Position numbers and translations under genes: made by a program. A stretch of DNA of 63,753 nt, the filler included, from Nemertoderma westbladi (Eukaryota; Animalia; Xenacoelomorpha), in assembly GCA_032718475.1 (NCBI GenBank). It is 3 parts of 3 records of this genome, joined end to end, with 100 filler letters (N's around TTAATTAATTAA, not from the genome) between each part and the next. Parts side by side here need not be neighbours in the genome. Positions count along the whole stretch, not along the records: positions 1 to 29,003 come from JAUCBJ010000078.1; 2 more parts are not named here. The stretch is one strand, 5' to 3'. The notes below the pieces were generated by a model that did not search any database, was not told the origin of the DNA, and saw only the letters and a program-made list of their open reading frames with translations. Shown here piece by piece: positions 1 through 8,567 of this stretch; position 1 is the first letter of the stretch; every line of letters begins with the position of its first letter.

Positions 1-191
1 TACATAGCAATAAAAATTAAACCGTCGAACCCAATCTCCCGGGAATTTCCAGCGGGTGAATGGTCGCGCACGGATTGGTTTCGACTAGTGTAGTGAATCA
101 AATACTTGTCATAGACTAAAAAGCAGATTTATTATCTAGAAGACATTCTAATTTGGCGGGTTAAACTGCCAAAGGTCTGAAAGCGCGAACA
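1..191 (+). mobile_element. 3' end of a BEL/Pao LTR (solo or 3' LTR), same family as 18236-19448
   Basis: Near-identical to ~19260-19448. It ends in ...GCGCGAACA, exactly where similarity to the other copy stops, and has AATAAA near the start. Confidence 0.85.
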
Positions 192-257
192 GTTGTAGTG
201 TCGTCAACGACACTACAACCTACGAACAACTAACTAAAGATCCAACTGCCCGCTTCC

Positions 258-815
258 GTGTCAAATGTCGAGCTCTACTACGTGAACTGTCGTTACGCAA
301 CCCCGAACTCCAAACGCACCTATTTCCCAATACTTTTACCACAGGCCACATTTTTATCTCCCTCAAGGATCACAAACCCAAAGAGGAATGGATCCAACAC
401 CCAAACGGACTCCCACCGTCGCGCACCCCGTTGCTTATGCTGTCTAGCAATTACAAACCCTCGTAAAACACACTGGAACGAATCCATTTACGGCCGCTTT
501 AACTGCAAATCCCACAATGTGCTCTACATTATATCCTGTAGAACTCATCCGAGTGATTTCTACATCGGCCAGACGGAACAATTCCTCCACGACCGACTCA
601 ATAAGCACAGACATAGTATTAGGGAAGCCCGTAAAGGCTGCGACCCAACTAGCCCCGAAATCCTTCTCCTACAACATTTCACTAACTGTGAAATAGACAA
701 ACTGACCGTAACCTGCTTTAAACAGTTCCGCAACCACCAGCGACGAGTTCATGCAGAGTCCTGTTACATTAATATGATCCACCCAACTCTTAATAAAGTT
801 ATACCTTCTATGTAA
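258..815 (+). CDS. Penelope-type GIY-YIG endonuclease (C-terminal fragment of the PLE ORF)
   Basis: RCLCC...FNCKSHNVLYIISC...FYIGQTEQFLHDRLNKH...LLQHF...AESCYI...PTLN matches the PLE endonuclease pattern. The N-terminal part of this ORF is out-of-frame RT debris. Confidence 0.85.
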   Translation: MSNVELYYVNCRYATPNSKRTYFPILLPQATFLSPSRITNPKRNGSNTQTDSHRRAPRCLCCLAITNPRKTHWNESIYGRFNCKSHNVLYIISCRTHPSDFYIGQTEQFLHDRLNKHRHSIREARKGCDPTSPEILLLQHFTNCEIDKLTVTCFKQFRNHQRRVHAESCYINMIHPTLNKVIPSM

Positions 816-921
816 TGCAAAGTAATTTAACCATGTTAATCCTGCCACCCACCCGATACTAACTACCTACTGTATGTAGACTTATGTATTAATAATTTGA
901 TACATTTATTAAGTGCAATAG

Positions 922-1462
922 CTACTGTATAAATATGCACTTAACTCAACTTAATTCCAGTAACATAATTGCTTTGTTTTAATCTTTGATATTATTTTAA
1001 ATTTTCTACTGTTGGTGCAAAATAACACATATTATTAAATTTTCTAATGCTTACTATTTGGTGCAAAATAACACATCTATTATCAAGTTCCTCAAGCCAC
1101 TCACTCACCCGCAATTAACTGCCTACTGTAAAAATTATGTTTACTTAGTTATTTTTAGCATCTACTGTAAAGGTGCATCATACCCCTACTGTATAAATAT
1201 GCACTTAACTCAACTTAATTCCAGTAACATATTTGCTTAGTTTTAATCTTTGATATTATTTTAAATTTTCTACTGTTTAAATGATTGATGATTGGTGCAA
1301 AATAACACATATATTATTAAATTTTCTAATGTTTAACTATTTGGTGCAAATTAACCCACTATTATCAAGTTCCTCAAGCCACTCACTCACCCGCAATTAA
1401 CTACCTACTGTATAAATTATGTTTACTTAGTTATTTTTAGCATCTACTGTAAAGGTGCAACA
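922..1462. repeat. Tandem duplication (~265-bp unit, 2 copies) in the PLE 3' UTR
   Basis: CTACTGTATAAATATGCACTTAACTCAACTTAATTCCAGTAACAT begins at 922 and at ~1185, and the downstream sequence is colinear. Confidence 0.85.
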
Positions 1463-1716
1463 TACCGTACACACGGTACACGCATGCAGCCTGCTGACCG
1501 GCAGTCAGTGCTTAGGCAGTAGCGTCGTAGCCCCACCACAACTACGCAACTGCGCTACCGGTACTCACAATGTTTAACTGTTTTAATTAGGCCCGTAATA
1601 TTTCAATGTAAATTTCCCGTTATCTACTGTAAATGCTGCTTGGTAGGTACCCTAAACTTTTAAATTGAGAACTAATTTTAAATTTAATTACATTTTAACG
1701 TTATTTTATTTGAATA

Positions 1717-1758
1717 TACCGCTGAAGACGCCCGGTAGGGTGAAATGGCCATACGGTA
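1717..1758 (+). ncRNA. Minimal type I hammerhead ribozyme (Penelope-associated)
   Basis: Stem I is TACCG(1717-1721)/CGGTA(1754-1758). The core is CTGAAGA (1722-1728), stem II is GCCC-GGTA-GGGT, and GAAA lies at 1742-1745. Stem III is the palindrome ATGGCCAT and the cleavage triplet is AUA. Confidence 0.88.
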
Positions 1759-1916
1759 AATAAACAACTTCATTTCGTATATATCCACGTGGTGAAAGAC
1801 CCTTCCTTGCCTTTATTAATCCTGACATTATACAATGATACTTTTCCATCATTGTTCTATTAACCATCAAACAATAAATAGTAAATATTATTTAAACTTT
1901 ATTAATGGTATCTAAC

Positions 1917-2060
1917 CTCTGGTAAGGGCCTTAATGAACGTATCTTGTTTTCAAAATAAGGATCGAAATCGATGGATCGTTCATAGCTACCTGGGTCGAG
2001 GATGATATATTCTCCGGTGAAGAGGATTCCTGTGTACAGAATCCAGGAACCACACCTAAT
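1917..2060 (-). CDS. Exon: beta/gamma-crystallin Greek key motif 2
   Basis: ccttatag|ATT...GAG|gttaga, 144 nt, encoding IRCGSWILYTGILFTGEYIILDPGSYERSIDFDPYFENKIRSLRPLPE. Confidence 0.8.
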
Positions 2061-2488
2061 CTATAAGGTTAAATAAATACCATTAGTATTTATAGTAATA
2101 TAGTGGTATAAATTCAATTATATGATTAGTTTATTTTCTTTATACATTTATTTGTTAACATGTATTTACTTCTTACGCTAGTTCCAAAGATTAAAATTAA
2201 ATTTGCACATAAGTGTACTAATTGTGTGTTATTGGAGGGAGAACGCTGCATACACAGTTGAGAAAATAGCAATGCTAGTGGAACCCAACAGCAGCGAGAA
2301 TTGGAAGTATACAGAAATATTGGAGGGTGTTTAGAAGGAAAAGGGGGAGGGGGGAGGGGGGTGTGGTGGGTGTGGCTGTTCTACCAAATTCGGAAATAAT
2401 AGTATAAAATCTTCTTTCATGTCTCATTCTTCATTCTACTCAATTATTAATTCCATGGCAGAACGCTGCAATATGAAAAAAATCTAAC

Positions 2489-2608
2489 CTGAATACTAGA
2501 AGTTTTTTGGTCGAGGTCCCCAAGATATTTGTACCCTCCAGAAACAAACAGCGTTTTTGATTTACCGCCAAAGTAGGGTTCATCATACAATGTAATTTCA
2601 TTGCAGAT
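2489..2608 (-). CDS. Exon: beta/gamma-crystallin Greek key motif 1
   Basis: ttttaag|ATC...CAG|gttaga, 120 nt, encoding ICNEITLYDEPYFGGKSKTLFVSGGYKYLGDLDQKTSSIQ. Confidence 0.8.
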
Positions 2609-3232
2609 CTTAAAATAATAAATGTAAATTAATAAAGAGACAAATAAAATTACTTTTAATCTTCAATGAGATACAGTATCTGTAAACTGCATACCAAGGA
2701 CTACCAAATACCATACTGGAGGATTTTGAACATCCCTTGACGCCATTATCTACTCTGATACGGTGCGCTGTTTGAATCTACTCCATTACAAATTACATAT
2801 AATATTGATTTTCAGAAAAAACTAGTTATTTAACACTATCATGAAACTAACTCAGTTTATTAATATTTCATTATTAAATAGCAGTACTGTAGTATTAGCT
2901 TCATAGCGACCCTTACTTAATGACTTAAAATTTAGTATAGGTAGTTACTAATTAAATAGTAGTAGTATATGCTTCATAGCGACACTTAATTACTTAATTA
3001 TAAATTTATGTGAGAATATTACTGCCTGGTGCAATTTAGTCAATAATATAATTCTATTTAAATATAGTAGCACAGTATCATACCAGCTCGAGAGGGGATA
3101 TTTCCATGAACGAGCTACAGAATGAAATGAGAGTGAACCAGAGCCTGATAGTGAAGTACAGGTACTTTATTTAAAACGAATATGTTCATATTATTTTCAA
3201 GTTTCGAAGTATATTTGTTAGAAATCGTATAT

Positions 3233-3425
3233 TATACCAGTACTAGTAAACGGTACAGTACCAGTAACAACATATGTAGAGTGTGCTGTCTGCTTCCTAC
3301 AGATTGCATACGTAGGCCTACTAGGTGTAGGCAGCCACAGAATGAGTGAAACCGGTCCAGTCCTTGGTAAGGTACTGGTAATGACATATGTAGAGTGTGC
3401 TGTCTCCTTCCTACAGATTGCATAA
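3233..3425. repeat. ~1.7 copies of the 114-bp repeat also found at 14594-15215
   Basis: Shares AGATTGCATACGTAGGCCTACTAGGTGTAGGCAGCCACAGAATGAGTGAAACCGGTCCAGT with that array. Confidence 0.9.
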
Positions 3426-3491
3426 GTGTTAATGATATAACATAAGTAATAACATAAGTGTAAATGTAATAAGATGTTAATGAGCTAAAAT

Positions 3492-3996
3492 GTGCCGCGC
3501 AATGTCATGTTGGAGCCGGTGGTGAGGGAGCAGATGGAGGATGGTGATGGGGCAGGGCTGCGGTGCGATGTAGGGATTAGGGGCGCGTTTAACGCACAGA
3601 CTCAGGCGTTGATCGATATCAGGTCAACCAACCTTGACGCCGAGTCTTACGCTAAACGTGCTCCTATGACCATTCTCGAGGCTGCGGAAGATGAGAAGAA
3701 GCGGTTGTACGGCGTACGCGGCTGCTGTAGCAGCTCGTTGCGGCGACTTCTCACCTTTCGTGGCTTCGTGCGACGGAGTCTTGGCACCGCAGGCGAACAT
3801 GCTGCTCCGCATTATCGCCACCAAACTCCACAGCGCCTGGGGTAAACCCTACACCACCGTTATGGGATGGGTCCGCACGCGAGTGCAGTTCGCCATTGTC
3901 CGCGGTACGTCCCACTGCCTGCGCGGATCTCGCACGAGGTGGCGTAGCGGTCTGGGATTTGAGGACAGGGCCAGTCTCCCAACATTGGCCATGTAA
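3492..3996 (+). mobile_element. 3' fragment of a CRE-like non-LTR retrotransposon (restriction-like endonuclease domain), frameshifted
   Basis: LRCDVGIRG...IDIR...DAESY...EDEKKRLY / FSPFVASCDG...W..PY...GWVRTRV.FAIVRG..HCLRGSR. It is a GC-rich island in AT-rich flanks. Confidence 0.75.
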
Positions 3997-4367
3997 ATAA
4001 ACCTGTAAATAATATATTGTTGGACTTTTCCCACTCCTACCTAAAAGTTATTTTTAAAGTATGATTGTTTCCTGGTGGTGGGTATTACAGCCATTGTTTG
4101 TTTTGTGTTTTTTATTGTTTGTATTTGTTTCAATCCAATAGCAGCTAAAATGTGCTCCTGCAACAGCTTTGAGTAATTCTGCAGTCTGATGTCTGACTTA
4201 TGATAGGCCTACTGCAGCACTGCCTTGGCAGTAATGGCCTACTACTTGCTTTGTAAATTGCTTGCTGGGCCTGGGCTATGCCCCTTATAAACTAAACCAT
4301 TAACCTACATTCAATCTGGCGTATATGAAACAATATCCAATAACTGATTGACAGACAAAACAGCATA

Positions 4368-4841
4368 ATGCCGGCTACCGGTAATAAGCCCAATATCGCA
4401 CCAGGAGGGGCAGGGACTCGGTCCGGTTCTAGAAACCACTCTAAGGAAAACAAGAATCGAGCTGGTGGTAATGCAGATGACGATAGGCCTACGTCAACCA
4501 TTGAATCTAAGGGTAACATTGTAGAAATGTTCAAACTCATACAAAATTCATTGTCAGAGTTTAAATACGAGACAGCAGCAAAAATGGATGTAATGGGGGA
4601 TAAAATCGACTCTATGATTCCATGTAGCAACAAATGTTCTACTTTTGAAGCAGTCGCATCTAAAATTACAAAAGAACATTCCCAACTGGTGGTTCAACAG
4701 GACAACCTCTCTCAAGCCTATTTAAATTACGACATATTAATACACGGTATTCCAGAACATAATCATGCATACAATTCCGCATGTAATGTTCTGGAGCGCC
4801 TGGCCATTGATAAATCGACCCGTAAAAATAACCGTAGTTAG
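4368..4841 (+). pseudogene. Truncated LINE ORF1-like fragment (coiled coil and start of RRM-like domain)
   Basis: Basic N-terminus, heptad-like segment, then DILIHGIPE, which resembles the NIxIxGIPE motif of LINE ORF1. It is cut off by the minisatellite. Confidence 0.5.
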
Positions 4842-4844
4842 GGA

Positions 4845-5790
4845 ACTATTGTGAAGCATTGGTTATGAAACTATTGTGAATTAATTGTTACGAAACTATT
4901 GTGAGTAATTGATTCTAAACAATTGTGATGTAATTGTTACGAAACTATTTAATTGTTACGAAACTATTGTAAGTAATTGATTCTAAATAATTGTGATGTA
5001 ATTGTTACGAAACTATTGTAAGTAATTGATTCTAAATAATTGTGATGTAATTGTTACGAAACAATAGTAAGTAATTGATTCTAAACAATTGTGATGTAAT
5101 TGTTACGAAACTATTTAATTGTTACGAAACTATTGTAAGTAATTGATTCTAAATAATTGTGATGTAATTGTTACGAAACTATTTAATTGTTACGAAACTA
5201 TCGTAAGTAATTGATTCTAAACAATTGTGATGTAATTGTTACGAAACTATTTAATTGTTACGAAACTATTGTAAGTAATTGATTCTAAATAATTGTGATG
5301 TAATTGTTACGAAACAATAGTAAGTAATTGATTCTAAACAATTGTGATGTAATTGTTACGAAACTATTTAATTGTTACGAAACTATTGTAAGTAATTGAT
5401 TCTAAATAATTGTGATGTAATTGTTACGAAACAATAGTAAGTAATTGATTCTAAACAATTGTGATGTAATTGTTACGAAACTATTTAATTGTTACGAAAC
5501 TATTGTAAGTAATTGATTCTAAATAATTGAGATGTAATTGTTACGAAACAATAGTAAGTAATTGATTCTAAACTATTGTGAAGTAATTGTTACGAAACTA
5601 TTTAATTGTTACGAAACTATTGTAAGTAATTGATTCTAAACAATTGTGATGTAATTGTTACGAAACAATGTTAGTAATTGATACTAAAATATTGTGAAGT
5701 AACTGTTGCGTAACTATGGTGGAGTAGTCAGGAACTATTTTGAAGATTGTAAAGTAATTATTACGAAACAATAATTGTGAATTACGAAAT
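4845..5790. repeat. AT-rich composite minisatellite built from related ~18-25-bp subunits
   Basis: Iterations of AATTGTGATGTAATTGTTACGAAACTATT, TAATTGTTACGAAAC and GTAAGTAATTGATTCTAAA. Confidence 0.95.
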
Positions 5791-5873
5791 ATTGTTAAAA
5801 GTACTATTGATGCCATACATGCATGTATTGCATTTTTGTATATATGTATATACCTATCTATCTATCTATACAC

Positions 5874-5927
5874 ATTGGGGTGGTCCACAAATGGAGTGTT
5901 TTTTGTACATTTGTGGACCACCCTAAT
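5874..5927. repeat. 20-bp inverted repeat (tiny MITE-like or DNA transposon footprint)
   Basis: ATTGGGGTGGTCCACAAATG ... CATTTGTGGACCACCCTAAT, one mismatch, 14-nt spacer. Confidence 0.6.
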
Positions 5928-6360
5928 ACACATACGTACATACATTGTATTAATTTTACCTTTCTAGCCCAGCATCAATTATAAACATATTACATAACCG
6001 TCAGACAAATTGCTGAATTGTTTATGCTTATAATGATTGCTAATTGACATTGTGCATTATTTTTTGCTTTACTATCACTCTACCTTGTGTTACTTTTGCA
6101 TCCTGCTCCTAAACTTTATTATTGTATTACTGCTCACCACAGTAATACTCAGATACTATGTAGTTCATCTCGACATATTGGTGAGACATTAGGGTTCTTC
6201 CATTTTACCGCTGGCTTTGAGGCCAGTTGGGGCCGTGTGTGGCCGTTGCTGGGGATGCCCCTGCTCGTCTACGGACGTCCCCCGCAGTGGCTGTCCTCGG
6301 CCATATAAACACAAACAGATCAGCTGTACTGAAACGTTTCATTTGAAACCAGGCGAGAAT

Positions 6361-7250
6361 TATCATTACACAAAAAATATTATTGATTTATCAGGTGATG
6401 TTCAATCTAACCCTGGACCATTTTCTATTTACCAGTTAAATGTTGACCATTTTCTATTTACCAGTTAAATGTTCGTAGTCTACTACCAAGGATACCACCT
6501 AGCAACATCGTATCAATGGAGAAAATTGACAGCATTTATCAAACAGCATGTGATCTTGGTATTGATATCTTTTGCCTAAATGAAATATGGTTTAATAATT
6601 CATCCGAAAATAAAAAAAAGACAAGTTAAATACATCTCCATATAAATTCTATAGTATGCCACGTAGTGATAACTACGGAGGTGTGGGGGTACTGATTAAG
6701 GAAAGTATCCCTCACAAACAGAGGACATCGTTCGAGAATAGCACCATGGATGCTATTTTCATTGAAATCTACCATTGCAAGTTAAAATTTTGGGTTATTT
6801 CTGTTTATGTGCCATCAACGCCGCCATCATCGTTTTGGGGGAAACTGTCAGAGGTAATTGAAGATATAAGAAAATCAAATAATTACGATTGTATTGTCCT
6901 ATCGGGCGATTTTAATAGTAACTGTTTATCTGGCGATTCTCTACCAGTCCAGCAATTTGCTGCACAAACAGGATTTACACAATACATTCATGAAGTAACT
7001 CGTCCCATTAGCAACACCTGCTTAGACTTGGTGTTCTCTGACAAACCTGCACTAGCTCTGGACTATGGCACCCACCCTCTCCTGCAGTATGTGGATGGAG
7101 GTTTCATTTCAGATCACAAACCTGTTTATATAACAATTAATTGTGAAATTAAACCTCCCCCTTTATACAGCAGATCCATATTTGATTTTGCTAAAGCAAA
7201 TTGGGAAAGTTTTTCGTTATTTATTTCGGGTTACGACTTTACGATCTTAA
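6361..7250 (+). pseudogene. Outer CR1/L2-group LINE, 5' part: 2A-like peptide and APE endonuclease (degenerate)
   Basis: LSGDVQSNPGP, QLNVRSL, CLNEIW, GGVGVLIK, SGDFN, TRP...CLDLVF and SDH motifs. A 29-bp tandem duplication at 6416-6473 shifts the frame. Confidence 0.85.
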
Positions 7251-7396
7251 CTTATAACTTACGTTAGAGTACTAGTCCTGCAAATAATAAGAATACTATA
7301 CTGCTATACCAGTACAGCAGTACTGCTATAATTATTTATATTATATTTGTGTATATGATATATGGTTTTGATTTTCCTATACTGAATTCCAGAACG

Positions 7397-8536
7397 ATGA
7401 GTTCCAGGAACAAATTGAGTATCGGATCCGGTACCAGTACCGGCGGGCGGGGTACTGGCTCCAGTCATGTAAATGCGGCTGTTTCCACCCCCAAAGGAAG
7501 TGCTACGAAATCCAAGTCGAAGAAACAGGGCGGAAGAAAATCCGGTGCAATTGACATGTCCAAACTTTTCTATTGTGATAACTGTCCAGCCATTTTCATA
7601 AATAAAGTCGATTGCAATCAACATGTAGCAGAGTGCGACCCATCGGTTACTTCTACTAGCGACATTTGTCCACATTGTGACACTGCAGTTTCTGGCACTG
7701 ACTGCCTGGGATGTGAAGTCTGTGGTTGTTGGGTTCATGGACGGTGTCTCAACCTAACCACCGTGGAAGTTGCCACAATTGGGGAGTGCAAAAACTGCGT
7801 CATTATTTGTAACTCTTGTCTCGGCCGTGGTAAGGTCGGCCTCATCGACCAGACGGAAGACCCAGGGCTAGAATCAGTGATTTCGAAAGTTCAGAAGTCC
7901 CTTTCCGATCACTCGGATCGGATTTCTGCCCAGATTTCGTGTCTTCGTAGTGATCTGGGTGATGACACTTCCCCGTGGAACACGGTCCAATCAAAACGCT
8001 CGAACTCCTCTAAAGATCCCACTATTGGTGGTCTATCAGCTGACGATGTAAATAAAGAGGTTCAAGAGCAACGTCGACGAGAACAGAATATTGTCATCCG
8101 TGGTCTATCCCTACCTGAAGACAATTCTAACGACATTGGTTTTGTCAGCGAATTTATCTCTAGTGAGTTCGGCATTGACACTGCTGTTAGTAAAATACTA
8201 TACCGACGTCAGCTAAACGGAGAACATCCTTCTATGGTAATCGTTCAGCTCTGCAGTATAGACCTCAAACTCAAGATCGTCAAGGATAAAGGAAAACTCG
8301 CCAAGTCTAAAATCTACAAGAAAGTGTTCATTGACAATGATCTGACTAAAATGCAAGCCAATCAAGCCTTTCTCCGTCGCCAATCTCGGGGTGGAAGATC
8401 ACGGATTGCAAAGCCTATTCCCTCACCTACAGTTGCGCCACAGAATCCACGCAGTAGTTCCCAACCACAGCGAAGTCCTCCAACTACACCCTCTCGAGAC
8501 GTGCCGTCCACGACTTCGCCCTCGGGAAACGCGTAG
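7397..8536 (+). CDS. LINE ORF1: C2H2-like finger, PHD finger, coiled coil, RRM-like domain
   Basis: YCDNCPAIF..CNQH; CPHC...CEVCGCWVHGRC...CNSC (PHD); RREQNIVIRGL; VFIDNDLT. The start is taken at ATG 7397, though the ORF is open from 7349. Confidence 0.88.
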   Translation: MSSRNKLSIGSGTSTGGRGTGSSHVNAAVSTPKGSATKSKSKKQGGRKSGAIDMSKLFYCDNCPAIFINKVDCNQHVAECDPSVTSTSDICPHCDTAVSGTDCLGCEVCGCWVHGRCLNLTTVEVATIGECKNCVIICNSCLGRGKVGLIDQTEDPGLESVISKVQKSLSDHSDRISAQISCLRSDLGDDTSPWNTVQSKRSNSSKDPTIGGLSADDVNKEVQEQRRREQNIVIRGLSLPEDNSNDIGFVSEFISSEFGIDTAVSKILYRRQLNGEHPSMVIVQLCSIDLKLKIVKDKGKLAKSKIYKKVFIDNDLTKMQANQAFLRRQSRGGRSRIAKPIPSPTVAPQNPRSSSQPQRSPPTTPSRDVPSTTSPSGNA

Positions 8537-8567
8537 GAGGAGAGAAACATCATCGCAATCCTTTTAC
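8524..8567 (+). promoter_or_regulatory. Candidate -1 programmed ribosomal frameshift signal
   Basis: In-phase G GGA AAC heptamer just before the ORF1 stop, followed by the stem GTAGGAGGA/TCCTTTTAC. Confidence 0.6.

Larger units (their letters stand above)
192..1820 (+). mobile_element. Internally deleted Penelope-like element (short RT N-terminal remnant, GIY-YIG endonuclease, 3' UTR with hammerhead)
   Basis: RT-like remnant VNDTTTYEQLTKDPT at ~202-247, then a GIY-YIG domain and a hammerhead at 1717-1758 followed by AATAAA. There is a fold-back at the 5' junction (192-219). The 3' boundary is approximate. Confidence 0.8.
1822..2780 (-). pseudogene. Spliced multi-domain beta/gamma-crystallin (Greek key) gene, disrupted
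   Basis: Two clean phase-0 exons (2608-2489 and 2060-1917) with GT/AG boundaries encode a complete beta/gamma-crystallin domain. The next exon (from 1856, NNDGKVSLYNV) runs into the PLE. The upstream exon (~2780-2654) is frameshifted (..FTDTVS/SLK..). Confidence 0.75.

Noticed and set aside
2343-2375. G-run tract (possible G-quadruplex), and poly-C tracts at ~29634, ~34138 and ~35293
   Set aside because: Simple low-complexity tracts with no evidence of function.
3070-3161. Possible plus-strand exon (..ESEPEPDSEVQ|gt)
   Set aside because: Isolated, low complexity, and no supporting partner exons.
3726-3743. 18-nt identity with ~15793-15810 (TGTAGCAGCTCGTTGCGG)
   Set aside because: The match lies in unrelated CRE and PLE coding regions on opposite coding strands with no extension; treated as chance.
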